A DNA stretch of 64,000 bases from Eledone cirrhosa. Its lineage: Eukaryota. How positions within the stretch are numbered: position 1 is the first letter of the stretch; each line of letters opens with the position of its first letter. Location: the NCBI GenBank assembly GCA_964016885.1, contig OZ024743.1, positions 66,464,001-66,528,000 of the forward strand. The letters are read 5' to 3'. Made by a program: the position numbers and the translations under genes. The notes below the pieces were generated by a model, which was not told the DNA's origin, searched no databases, and saw only the letters and a list, made by a program, of their open reading frames with translations. Positions 13,501-28,151 of the stretch are shown one piece after another.

Positions 13501-16500
13501 CAGCTATATCTTTGGATGTTATCTAGATTCTCAAGGTCCATGGAAGAAGCACCATTCCAGCTATATCTTTGGATGTTATCTAGATTCTCAAGGTCTATGG
13601 TAGAAGCACCAGTCCAGCTATATCTTTGGATATTATCTAGATTCTCAAGGTCCATGGAAGAAGCACCAGTCCAGCTATATCTTTGGATGTTATCTAGATT
13701 CTCAAGGTCCATGGTAGAAGCACCAGTCCAGCTATATCTTTGGATGTTATCTAGATTCTCAAGGTCCATGGAAGAAGCACCAGTCCAGCTATATCTTTGG
13801 ATGTTATCTAGATTCTCAAGGTCTATGGTAGAAGCACCAGTTCAGCTATATCTTTGGATGTTATCTAGATTCTCAAGGTCTATGGTAGAAGCACCAGTCC
13901 AGCTATATCTTTGGATGTTATCTAGATTCTCAAGGTCCATGGTAGAAGCACCAGTCCAGCTATATCTTTGGATGTTATCTAGATTCTCAAGGTCCATGGT
14001 AGAAGCACCAGTCCAGCTGTATCTTTGGATGTTATCTAGATTCTCAAGGTCCATGGTAGAAGCACCTGTCCAGCTATATCTTTGGATGTTATTTAGATTC
14101 TCAAGGTCCATGGTAGAAGCACCAGTCCAGCTATATCTTTGGATGTTATCTAGATTCTCAAGGTCCATGGTAGAAGCACCAGTCCAGCTATATCTTTGGA
14201 TGTTATTTAGATTCTCAAGGTCCATGGTAGAAGCACCAGTCCAGCTGTATCTTTGGATGTTATCTAGATTCTCAAGGTCCATGGTAGAAGCACCAGTCCA
14301 GCTGTATCTTTGGATGTTATCTAGATTCTCAAGGTCCATGGTAGAAGCACCAGTCCAGCTCTATCTTAGGATGTTATCTAGATTCTCAAGGTCTATGGTA
14401 GAAGCACCAGTCCAGCTGTATCTTTGGATGTTATCTAGATTCTCAAGGTCCATGGTAGAAACACTAGTCCAGCTATATCTTTGGATGTTATCTAGATTCT
14501 CAAGGTCCATGGTAGAAGCACCAGTCCAGCTATATCTTTGGATGTTATTTAGATTCTCAAGGTCCATGGTAGAAGCACCAGTCCAGCTATATCTTTGGAT
14601 GTTATTTAGATTCTCAAGGTCCATGGTAGAAGCACCAGTCCAGCTATATCTTTGGATGTTATTTAGATTCTCAAGGTCCATGGTAGAAGCACCAGTCCAG
14701 CTATATCTTTGGATGTTATTTAGATTCTCAAGGTCCATGGTAGAAGCACCAGTCCAGCTGTATCTTTGGATGTTATCTAGATTCTCAAGGTCCATGGTAG
14801 AAGCACCAGTCCAGCTGTATCTTTGGATGTTATCTAGATTCTCAAGGTCCATGGTAGAAGCACCAGTCCAGCTATATCTTAGGATGTTATCTAGATTCTC
14901 AAGATCCATGGTAGAAGCACCAGTCCAGCTGTATCTTTGGATGTTATCTAGATTCTCAAGGTCCATGGTAGAAGCACCAGTCCAGCTATATCTTTGGATG
15001 TTATTTAGATTCTCAAGGTCCATGGTAGAAGCACCAGTCCAGCTATATCTTTGGATGTTATCTAGATTCTCAAGGTCCATGGTAGAAGCACCAGTCCAGC
15101 TATATCTTTGGATGTTATTTAGATTCTCAAGGTCCATGGTAGAAGCACCAGTCCAGCTGTATCTTTGGATGTTATCTAGATTCTCAAGGTCCATGGTAGA
15201 AGCACCAGTCCAGCTGTATCTTTGGATGTTATCTAGATTCTCAAGGTCCATGGTAGAAGCACCAGTCCAGCTATATCTTAGGATGTTATCTAGATTCTCA
15301 AGGTCTATGGTAGAAGCACCAGTCCAGCTGTATCTTTGGATGTTATCTAGATTCTCAAGGTCCATGGTAGAAGCACTAGTCCAGCTATATCTTTGGATGT
15401 TATCTAGATTCTCAAGGTCCATGGTAGAAGCACCAGTCCAGCTATATCTTTGGATGTTATCTAGATTCTCAAGGTCCATGGTAGAAGCACCAGTCCAGCT
15501 ATATCTTTGGATGTTATCTAGATTCTCAAGGTCCATGGTAGAAGCACCAGTCCAGCTATATCTTTGGATGTTATCTAGATTCTCAAGGTCCATGGTAGAA
15601 GCACCAGTTCAGCTATATCTTTGGATGTTATCTAGATTCTCAAGGTCCATGGTAGAAGCACCAGTCCAGCTATATCTTTGGATGTTATCTAGATTCTCAA
15701 GGTCCATGGTAGAAGCACCAGTCCAGCTATATCTTTGGATGTTATCTAGATTCTCAAGGTCCATGGTAGAAGCACCAGTTCAGCTATATCTTTGGATGTT
15801 ATCTAGATTCTCAAGGTCCATGGTAGAAGCACCAGTCCAGCTATATCTTTGGATGTTATCTAGATTCTCAAGGTCCATGGTAGAAGCACAAGTCCAGCTA
15901 TATCTTTGGATGTTATCTAGATTCTCAAGGTCGATGGTAGAAGCACCAGTCCAGCTATATCTTTGGATGTTATCTAGATTCTCAAGGTCCATGGTAGAAG
16001 CACCAGTCCAGCTATATCTTTGGATGTTATCTAGATTCTCAAGGTCCATGGTAGAAGCACCAGTTCAGCTATATCTTTGGATGTTATCTAGATTCTCAAG
16101 GTCCATGGTAGAAGCACCAGTCCAGCTATATCTTTGGATGTTATCTAGATTCTCAAGGTCCATGGTAGAAGCACCAGTCCAGCTATATCTTTGGATGTTA
16201 TCTAGATTCTCAAGGTCCATGGTAGAAGCACCAGTTCAGCTATATCTTTGGATGTTATCTAGATTCTCAAGGTCCATGGTAGAAGCACCAGTCCAGCTAT
16301 ATCTTTGGATGTTATCTAGATTCTCAAGGTCTATGGTAGAAGCACCAGTCCAGCTATATCTTTGGATGTTATCTAGATTCTCAAGGTCCATGGTAGAAGC
16401 ACCAGTTCAGCTATATCTTTGGATGTTATCTAGATTCTCAAGGTCCATGGTAGAAGCACCAGTCCAGCTGTATCTCTGGATGTTATCTAGATTCTCAAGG

Positions 16501-16502
16501 TC
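10562..16502. repeat. 57-bp minisatellite array, about 104 units
   Basis: Unit GATGTTATCTAGATTCTCAAGGTCCATGGTAGAAGCACCAGTCCAGCTATATCTTTG, head to tail with no spacers. Some 56-bp variants. Confidence 0.98.
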
Positions 16503-16525
16503 GATTCGTGTTGACATCTCATATT

Positions 16526-16611
<86 letters not shown>

Positions 16612-16634
16612 TATATATAAACATACATACATAC

Positions 16635-16729
<95 letters not shown>

Positions 16730-16747
16730 GTAAACATACATACATAC

Positions 16748-16834
<87 letters not shown>

Positions 16835-16837
16835 TGG

Positions 16838-17072
16838 CTGCCAACTCGTTTTCGAGTACGGCCACTACTTTATATCCATGTAGGAGAACCCCTACCGGTG
16901 CGCTGAACGAGTGTGACTTTTTAGTCCAGCCAGCGACTTGAAAACTCTGGTACAAACACTACACTTGTGACAATTATTGACACATAGTGCTGGGCCCATG
17001 GTACCATGTGATGACAAGTGCAGAGAGATCTCCAGATATAAAGCAATGCCTGTGCCGTGAAGCTTTTATAGT
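16838..17072 (-). mobile_element. Fragment of a non-autonomous RTE-related repeat
   Basis: Near-identical to 31921-32152. Confidence 0.7.
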
Positions 17073-18523
17073 TTTTGTTTTTAGTCTGGCAAAGATTTTA
17101 CATTCATAAATTAAGTTTTTATCGAGGCAATGGTTGTTGAGAATGTAAAATTATAACTAGCACCAATTCCTTCACCTATTTGAATGTAAAATTATAACTA
17201 GCACCAATTCCTTCACCTATTTTGGCTCCACTTCCACCTCTTTTAAAGCTCGTCTCTATAATCATCATTCATCTTTCAAATACAAACTTAAAAGAACTAA
17301 CACTGCTCTCTCAGAACTCATATGGTCCTTAAAAGACAAAAACATTAAATATAACATCTTTTGGAAAAAGATTTCTTCTGCATCCTCATACTTGAACAGC
17401 TCTCTATCTAAAATCTGTAATCTCTGCCTAAATGAAAAATTTACCATTATCTCTAACCTAGAATCTATAATAAATAGACGCTCAGATTTGTTTTCTATCT
17501 GCCTGCATAAATTCCATAGAACTTTTCACAAAGTATACAGTTAATATTCAATTCTTTATCAATTTAGAATCTTTTCTCAAAGGCACATATACATACACCT
17601 CTTTAAAATATACCCATCTACCTTACTTTAAAGGGCATTATACACTCTATAATACTCGTTTACTCATTACCCTCATTCTATCTTCTCGTAAAATAATAAC
17701 ATTTGTTTTTGACATTTTGAATATTCATCCGCAATCATTATTATTTTTTCTCTCTATCATAAATCTTTTTAATCTCAATTTCATCCTTAATTTATTATTA
17801 TTTTTTTCTCCCCATCAACGAACTCATTATTAATACATATCAATTCAATATACAAACTTTAACTTCACATTATTTTTCTCAAATCCTTCTACACACAAAC
17901 CTTAACAACTTTTCTCTTCGCTAATTTTGAAATTGCCACAATACATACATTTCTTCTTTTGACGTTAGAATATTCACCCACAATTATTATTTTTTTCTCT
18001 CTATCTTCATACATAATTTCCCTTCGTTAATTTTCAAATTCCTTTAATTTATACATTATCTTCCAACGGTTCCCAACCTCTCTATATTAAAACAATATAT
18101 CTTTTTCTCAGTTATAAAAACTATCTCTTTCTCTCTATCACCCATCTCTCCCTCTCCACCTTCACTCTCATCTCCTCTCCCCTTTTTTTTCATCCTTTCC
18201 CCCCCCCCCCCTCCCTAAATAAAATATTTTTTTCCTCGCACATATCCTCCCTTCGTTAATTTTCAAAATTTTTAATTTATACAGTATCTTCCAACGGTTT
18301 TCAACCCCTCTATGTAAAAAATATATCTCCTCTCAGTTATAAAAACTATCTCTTTCTCTCTATCACCCATCTCTCCCTCTCATCTCCTTCCCTTTTCATC
18401 CTTCCCCCCCCCCCCCTCTCTAAATAAAATATTTTTCCCAATATCACACATCAATCTAAAACCACTTTTCATATGTTGATTTAAAACTGCACTATCAACA
18501 AGTGTTTTTTTAGCCTTCATATC

Positions 18524-18612
18524 ATGTTCTCCTGTTTTATCTGATGAAAACACAAATATTATTGCTTGATGATGTTTGTTTTTGAAATGCGCATAATAAA
18601 ATATATGGAACT
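18524..18612 (+). ncRNA. Type I hammerhead ribozyme
   Basis: GTTTTAT-CTGATGA (18541)-AAACACAAATATT...GATGTTTGTTTTT-GAAA (18584)-TGCGCA-TA-ATAAAAT. Palindromic stem III ATGCGCAT. Confidence 0.8.
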
Positions 18613-18726
18613 CCTTTAACCATCTTTTGATCTTATATTATGCATACTCCAGTCCCACAAACTGTAGAGTGCTTCTTATCCGATATCTGCATTTCTTTAT
18701 TGTACTACAATAAACTCACCTCCTAC

Positions 18727-20316
<1,590 letters not shown>

Positions 20317-20338
20317 TACATACATATATATATATATA

Positions 20339-20509
<171 letters not shown>

Positions 20510-20685
20510 GTATATTATAGGAAATATGTATCGTAGGAGAGGGGGAGATAGAGGGATACAGAGAAGTGCGATACAGATTACTAAATGCCGATAGCCGATT
20601 CGTTGTGTGCTCAATGCTCGGGTTAGCAGAGTTAAATATTAGAGAGGATTTAATTTTTAGTAGAGTATTCAAGTAGATCGGCCAT

Positions 20686-20841
20686 AAAGCAAATGACTGA
20701 ATGAAGGAGTTACTAGTCGTTATAACAAGTTCTTTATATAAATCTTACATAATGTGTCACCCGCATGCGAGTGAAAGATTATGTAAGATTTATATAAAGA
20801 ACTTGTTATAACGACTAGTAACTCCTTCATTCAGTCATTTG

Positions 20842-20845
<4 letters not shown>
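20686..20845. repeat. Inverted repeat, ~68-bp perfect arms with short spacer
   Basis: AAAGCAAATGACTGAATGAAGGAGTTACTAG... and its reverse complement, followed by (TA)n. Confidence 0.95.
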
Positions 20846-20887
<42 letters not shown>

Positions 20888-21014
20888 ATAACGAGGTATC
20901 GTTTTAGGTAATGCAGTTAGAGGTTGTGTACTATGGATAGTTTTAACGTAACAAGAAGTTTCCTTAGTTAGGTGGCGAGTTAAGAGAATTTCCATGTAGG
21001 TGATTCTTGGAGGA

Positions 21015-21382
21015 ATAATTGTTTCTACTTTTGGCACAAGGCCAGCAATTACCCAGTGCTTTACTGGTACTTTATTTTATCGACGCCGTAAGGATGAAAG
21101 GCAAAGTTAACCTCGGCGAGATTTGAACTCAGAATGGCAAGGGACGTAACTCTATGCGTCAAAGCATGGCGTCCGACCCTCTACCGATACTGCCAATCCA
21201 CCGCTATAAGAGTAATAATTGTTTCTACTTTTGGCAAAAGGCCAGCAATTAACCAGTGCATTAGTGGTCCTTTATTTCATCGACCCCGTAAGGATGAAAG
21301 GCAAAGTTAACCTCGGCGGGATTTGAACTCAGAATGTCAACGGCCGTGACTCTATGCGTCAAAGCATCTACAGATACTGCCA
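21015..21382 (-). mobile_element. Two tandem Meta-like SINE copies
   Basis: Same family as 5472. Copies at ~21015-21205 and ~21214-21382. Confidence 0.9.
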
Positions 21383-21388
21383 TGAAAT

Positions 21389-21501
21389 AGTATTGCGATG
21401 ATTTGATCAGAGACACACACTGTAATTAAGGTCGAGTGATGGAATTTCTAGCGATTAGAGACCTTTAGACTCACCTGATTAATGAAACAATTGTTAATAC
21501 T
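21389..21501 (+). ncRNA. Hammerhead-like motif with long stem II, family E
   Basis: AGTATT-GCGATGA-TTTGATCAG...CTGATTAAT-GAAA-CAATTG-TT-AATACT. Homolog at 28594 (-). Confidence 0.55.
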
Positions 21502-21528
21502 GTAAATAATCCCTTTCTGTACAGCCGA

Positions 21529-21663
<135 letters not shown>

Positions 21664-21729
21664 TGTGGTATTTTCACCGGGAAACCAGCAATCATGGGAG
21701 TATTCAATGCAGGGGGAGATGTAGAATGG

Positions 21730-22045
21730 GGTATTTTTCAGGGTGAAATAGTGAAGATCTTTTTTTGTGACGAGTGACCATGGGTTTTACATGTCAAAAG
21801 TTCCCCTCTTTGGTAGAAGCCCGGGCACGATGTTCTTGTGGAGGACCTTTGTTCACCGATGCATACTAGTCTCTCTCTTTCCACGCTACCGATGTTCTCC
21901 AATAGAAAGGCAAAGGACACAACAGCTTGCTACCAGTAGCGCCACAAGTAACTGTTTTCTCTGCTGGGTGAACTGAAGACAATGAAATAAATTGTCATAT
22001 TCAAGGTCAAAATGCAGCGCAGAGTACGGGAATCGAATTCGCAAC
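21730..22045 (-). mobile_element. Diverged tRNA-derived CORE-type SINE
   Basis: Similar to the reverse complement of 37444-37795, with a B-box remnant and CORE-like block. Confidence 0.65.
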
Positions 22046-22334
22046 CTATTAATATTCTAATGAAACCGTCACCTCTTTATATATATACTATATTATATCA
22101 TATTATTTTATATATATACATGTATGTGACGAAGTTGATAGAATGTGTATTGCTTATCTCCCCTATTAAAAAAAAACCGGCTAGTTCTAAGGGAGGTAAT
22201 TCATCCTAATCTAAGATGCATAACTGATGTTTTTTCTTTTTTAATAAACTTATAAAATATATTTTGTATATAATATACATACAACAACTATATACGGCAT
22301 TATATATATTTATATATATTTATATTTAATTTTG

Positions 22335-22690
22335 AGGTTCCAAGATTGATATGCTATATATGCCAGGATTACTGGATATATGAAAAATTATACAAACTGG
22401 AAATTTGAGTTGGATAAATTATTGGTTTGCATAGGAGAAACCCTATAGGTAATGTTGATTACTGACACTTAGTAGTAATTAATGATAATGATATTTTAAC
22501 AATTTATTTCCAGGATTAAATTCATAAATGTTCAGCCTTCATGCACAAATGGCATACAGGATTGAAAGTATCAATAACCTCAATGAAATAATTATTTACG
22601 GGGACAAATGTAGGAGTAGAACCCAGGTTCTTGTGATTGAAGACCGACATTCTTATTAGAGCAACATAGCGGAGGTAGAAAATGTATTGT
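22335..22690 (+). pseudogene. Possible degenerate PLAT/LH2-domain exons with a ~65-nt GT-AG intron
   Basis: TAG|gtaatg (22449) ... tttatttccag (22513). Peptides NWKFELDKLLVCIG and AYRIE..EIIIYGDKCRSRTQVL, with stops. Resemblance judged by eye. Confidence 0.3.
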
Positions 22691-22760
22691 ATGCATATGT
22701 ATGGAAATTCTAAAGAGTTACTGGTGGATCTACACACACACATACATGCACATATATATA

Positions 22761-22803
<43 letters not shown>

Positions 22804-22948
22804 AAAAATAAAAAAATATTTATTTGTCCTGCTCTGTAAAACAACTGATGTTCATACATTGAGCTATTTCTCTTACTGGTAATAAGGTAATAGGAAATTA
22901 CTGACCTTCTTGTTTATAGTTGTTTATACTATATACATAACTATAAAT

Positions 22949-23004
<56 letters not shown>

Positions 23005-23304
23005 TTAATTCGAGTATGTGTTAGTTAATGAACGACATTTTAGTAGGTAAGTTCGAGCACTCGACGCAGTGTGCAGGTGGGACTGTTTACATCAGAGTAT
23101 ATTTATAAACATGAAGTATAGTCAACACGCTAAAATTAACTTCATATGTCCATAGTCGCTCTTATATATATATCAGGATTAAACCAGTTATAAACTAGTT
23201 ATACCATTATTCAATACTTGAGATAGTAGAGTGTTACTATATACTCTGTTATGTATTGAGTACCTTACTTACTGTCGTTACTCTCGATTGAACCCGGGAT
23301 AAAC

Positions 23305-23366
<62 letters not shown>

Positions 23367-23378
23367 CGTGTGTGTGTG

Positions 23379-23466
<88 letters not shown>

Positions 23467-23656
23467 CACAGACCCTCCATCTCAACTTTTTTTAAAAAGC
23501 AGAAGAACTGCGAAACCGGTAAAGGAACCAAATAAATATATATATTTGTTAAAAAAATAAGACTCCAGTTGCATTTTCGATTTCATCTCTTTTTATTTAT
23601 ACTTTCACTCGTGTAGTACACCTCGGTTATTTTTCATTTTGTAAAAAAAACCTCAC

Positions 23657-23701
<45 letters not shown>

Positions 23702-23702
23702 T

Positions 23703-24328
23703 ACATGATGGCTGCCCCCTCGTTATCGAGTATGGCCATTGCACGATATACCATTATTAATTATTAATCAATTCTATCGTGCAATGCCTGTGCGTGAAGA
23801 TATTTTTTAAAGTGAGGAAAGACTGTGCATTAAACCAATCCCACTCTCTGAGTGACAGTAGCTATAACCCGATAAGAAGAAAAGATCAACATCATCGGTA
23901 ACTACTGAGCCGCTGGTTTTATGTCGGAGTTAACCCAGTTTCCTGAGTTGCCTTCTCCTAGAAGAATGCCCTGACAAAGACTAGGAATTCTTCACTCCCA
24001 GTGGTTTAACCGCGCAATCAGGTGTCCAGCCCAACTATTTCTATGTCTCCGCGCATATACATACACATGCACCCATGTATATACACATATACATATACAT
24101 ACATATGTACATGTGTATATACATATTTACACACTTTTGGATGGCCGTTGACTCTTATGAGTTCTAACGTCCTTATCATGTTTTGTTTTTGTCCTGCAGG
24201 GTGTCCAAAATCACCTTCCTCACCAAGTAAACTTGGTGGGGTTGCTAGTTTAGTCGCCGACGACCCGACCATGCGACAGGTTGTACTGGGTTACATGTTA
24301 CCAGTAGCACTCAAGAGTGACCCGACAT
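23703..24328 (-). mobile_element. Non-autonomous bipartite RTE/BovB-type element (5' UTR-like part + 3' tail)
   Basis: Minus motif CCTAGTCTTTGTCAGGGCATTCTTCTAGGAGAAGGCAACTC. Tail TCGTGCAATGGCCATACTCGATAACGAGGGGGCAGCCATCAT is shared with 43742-43783. Confidence 0.7.
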
Positions 24329-24379
24329 AATATATACATACATACATTCATACATACACACACACACACACACACACAG

Positions 24380-24487
<108 letters not shown>

Positions 24488-24522
24488 ATATATACATACA
24501 TACATACATATATATACACACG

Positions 24523-24583
<61 letters not shown>

Positions 24584-24584
24584 C

Positions 24585-24780
24585 AGGATGGATTCAGCGT
24601 GTTGAAGCTGGTTAGACCATTACTCAACAGAGTACTCGATACTTGGTGTAAAAGAGTATGGTTTTATTATAAAGAGTCGGACTCCGATGGCTGAGGTTTT
24701 GCCGCTGCAACACCTAGTTCTGTTTTGAACTAACTGATAAAACGGCAACAGCTCAGTCGTCGGGGTCCCGACTCTTTATA

Positions 24781-24782
<2 letters not shown>
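24585..24782. mobile_element. Short hairpin repeat family C, found in TA tracts
   Basis: ATAAAGAGTCGGACTCCGATGGCTGAG ... CTCAGTCGTCGGGGTCCCGACTCTTTAT. Relatives at ~31700, 38630, 41750, 48075 and 60788. Confidence 0.7.
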
Positions 24783-24831
<49 letters not shown>

Positions 24832-25017
24832 AGAAGCAAAGAAAATTTCAATGATACGAAAGATTTCCTGGTGAAAGTTTATGTGTACTCCGGGTTAGTA
24901 TCCAGTTTCGAGGTGAAAATCCAATTAGAAAATCTGATGTCAACAGGAATGGACCTGTTATTTTTATATTTTATATTCCAACCCACCCGTACCCTCAATC
25001 TATCTTATTTCTCATCT

Positions 25018-25056
25018 TTTCATCTGATGAAGGACTAGAGTCCGAAACGTTAAGAC
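25018..25056 (+). ncRNA. Minimal hammerhead ribozyme, family B
   Basis: CTGATGA (25024)-A-GGAC-TAGA-GTCC-GAAA-CGT-TA, stem III palindrome AACGTT. Degenerate sibling at 30025-30062. Confidence 0.7.
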
Positions 25057-25151
25057 CCTCTTCCTGCTATATCAAGCGTTAACCTAATATATTCCTTCCA
25101 TTTATTGTACCGATTGTGTTGTGTTGTTATTTTTGTTTACCTTTTACATAC

Positions 25152-25202
<51 letters not shown>

Positions 25203-25228
25203 CGTGTTTGCATGTTTGTCTATATGTA

Positions 25229-25285
<57 letters not shown>

Positions 25286-25454
25286 CATACATATAGACAA
25301 ACATGTAAACACGCTTGACGTATTTTTATGTTTCAAAGATATGAAAAATTATATTTATAATGATCAGAATATTTACAAGGGAGAATACTGTTGTATCTTT
25401 TCTGATTTATCTCCCATGTCTCATTGTGCATTTATAGTTAAAACGTTAGAGGGA

Positions 25455-25637
25455 AATAATTGTTTCTACTTTAGGCACAAGGCCAACAATTAACCAGTGC
25501 ATTACTGGTACTTTATTTTATCGACCCCTTAAGGATGAAAGGCAAAATCAACCTCGGCGGGATTTGAACTCAGATCGTAAAGGGACGTAACTATGCTGGA
25601 AAGCATGGCGTCCGACCCTCTACCGATACTGCCAATA
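25455..25637 (-). mobile_element. Meta-like SINE, followed by an older copy to ~25790
   Basis: Same family as 5472 and 63583. Confidence 0.9.
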
Positions 25638-26076
25638 TAGATAGGGGAAAGTCGATTATATTTATCCATTACGTACTATCTTTTATCCACATCAGAAGGA
25701 TGGAAGGCAAAGTACACCTTGGTAGGATTTAAACTCAGAATATAAGGGGCCAATTTCTCCGACGTTCTAACGATTCTGATAATCCACTTCACTGATAATA
25801 ATGAGGAAATGAATTATTTTAACTGTACAAAATATCTAGTAGTTAGTTTGACTGATATATACAGCACTCATATTTTGACTTAAATATATTATATGACTGA
25901 AGTTAGTGCATTTATATCCAATAATATGTATTCACTGACACTATGATCAAATTTAACTTCAGTAAACGTTATTATAAGAGCTAACTCTGTAAAACGATAG
26001 GGAAGCCTGCATTGGCTAAAACATATCTATCTATAAGATGCATTACTTTACTTTTACTAACATCATTTACCTCAAG

Positions 26077-26300
26077 AGATGTGGTGTGGGAAGTAAAAAT
26101 ATACATATACACCAACTCCGAACACAATGGAACCAAACTCTCACTGCACCATCTCTCACTATTATGAGCAAATGGGGGTTCATGAGCTGGCCGCCTCGCT
26201 ATAACTATTATCAATACCAACATTTTTCAAAAATAGAGAGATGTTTCGTCTTTGAAAAAGAAAGTACACATTGGTAATATTGTCATAGATTCTTTATATT
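26077..26300 (+). pseudogene. Possible degenerate PLAT/LH2-domain exon
   Basis: Branch point TACTAAC plus tttacctcaag acceptor. Peptides DVVWEVKIYIYTNSEHNGT / SLTIMSKWG / TNIFQK*RDV..KVHIGNI across frameshifts. Confidence 0.35.
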
Positions 26301-26476
26301 TTACAAACTCATTTACTTATCAAAGGTTAAAAGTAACAGAACGTTGAGCAAACAAATAGTTAGAAATAGCATGTTTAGTATATATATATATATATATATT
26401 AAAAAAGCAGATTAACGTTTAAGCAAAGAATCCCTGCTTTCACCCTTAACATTTAGTCTTTACATTTATTATTATT

Positions 26477-26578
<102 letters not shown>

Positions 26579-26845
26579 CTATAGAAATGACTTCGTAGGC
26601 AGTCGTCAAGAAAGCCCCATTTGCATTATAATGAGGTGGTATTTGTATGTGTTTTGGGGAAGGTGGTGATTTCTGTGTGCCACACCTGAGAGATCGGGTG
26701 AACATACTATCATTATGTCAGAGGAGCAATCAATTCCATACCCAGGCTCTATCGTGATCGATAGTACCTTCAGCTGATCGATTGGGAAACCTGTGTCACG
26801 TGAGGATAATACATGTACAACAGTTAAATTGGCGCTTCATTCCTG

Positions 26846-26887
<42 letters not shown>

Positions 26888-26909
26888 CAAAATAAGATGC
26901 TGAGGTTAC

Positions 26910-27025
26910 ATATATCGTTTAATCATAATAATTATTTCCACGGTTCTCCATGCAATCGAGATGTCCTTCATGCATTTGCTGTTGATTATGAGAACGGTTT
27001 CCTCAGATGAAAATCGATATATTTG
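26910..27025 (-). ncRNA. Type I hammerhead ribozyme with large stem II insert
   Basis: Minus strand: ATATATCG..TCAT-CTGAGGA-..GTTCTC...GAGAAC..-GAAA-TAATTA-TT-ATGA..CGATATAT. Confidence 0.7.
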
Positions 27026-27656
27026 ATATGTCCCCAGCAGGAAAACACACATCCTAATGCCTGTGTGCCCAGCATACATATGACTTCCTTGAAAGGTTTG
27101 CCAGTCGTCGTGTTTGCTAGAAAAAGCTATCAACGAAAAAAGACGAAAAGAACGAAGAACTGTGTGCAGCCAAAACCCAGTAGACAGTTGAAGCAATAAA
27201 TGGAGCTCTGAGAGGGTGAGGTATATATTTAGTTGACAACCACCTATAGACAACAACTACAACAACAACGACAACTACAACAACAACAATAACAATAACA
27301 TCAAACCGTTATATATATATCAGACCTGCCAACCTCTAAAAACCCCAATGGGGAGTACCATGAGAAAAGGTGCCCCAAAACAGGGTGATATGGGGCAAAA
27401 TGGGAAGATTTTACATAAGGAAAGCTATAGCCATTTTCACAAGAGAAGACATCACTCTTCCACCCCAAAGTGAGTGGGATATCTCCTCGTCGGATGGAGA
27501 GAGTTGACACACAAAGTATTAAGCGGCGAAGGCTTGTGTAAGACCAACCACACTTTTTGGAACTGAGGGCATATATCTTCGGTGCAAATGTTTGCCACGG
27601 ATAATACAACGACAGCCTTCAGCTTTTTATGCCTCGGAGTTTAACCTCTCCGAATA

Positions 27657-27709
<53 letters not shown>

Positions 27710-27755
27710 GAAAAACTTGAACCGTTAAGGTATTTTTTCTTGGTTATGTCAATAT

Positions 27756-27850
27756 TTATAAAACAAACTTTGTATTTTATCTGATGAGAGCGTACCAAAG
27801 TTTTGGTACCCTTGAAATATATATAATAGAATAAATATGGTTTTATAAAT
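27756..27850 (+). ncRNA. Type I hammerhead ribozyme (family shared with 47070)
   Basis: ATTTTAT-CTGATGA (27781)-GAGCGTACCAAA-G-TTTTGGTACCCTT-GAAA-TATATA-TA-ATAGAAT. Confidence 0.8.
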
Positions 27851-27872
27851 ATAGTTTCCATTTATTTAATAT

Positions 27873-27929
<57 letters not shown>

Positions 27930-28054
27930 ATGTAATTTCTAACACTTAAATTGTATGGCCGACCATTGGTTTCGGGGTCCAGTTATGGCCACCACTGTAT
28001 ATTGGTGAAGGCTTTTCCAGACTGATCAGGCACGTGGACAAATATACAATATCC

Positions 28055-28151
<97 letters not shown>

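Noticed and set aside
10562-16502. CRISPR array
   Set aside because: No unique spacers, no cas genes, eukaryotic context.
12487-16620. 1377-aa ORF (and 442/410-aa antisense ORFs) as a repeat protein gene
   Set aside because: A by-product of a 57-bp (3n) unit lacking stops in two frames. It is broken by 56-bp units and runs into microsatellite.
27320-27660. DNA transposon starting CAGACCTGCCAACC
   Set aside because: Looks like a TIR, but no matching second end or TSD was found.
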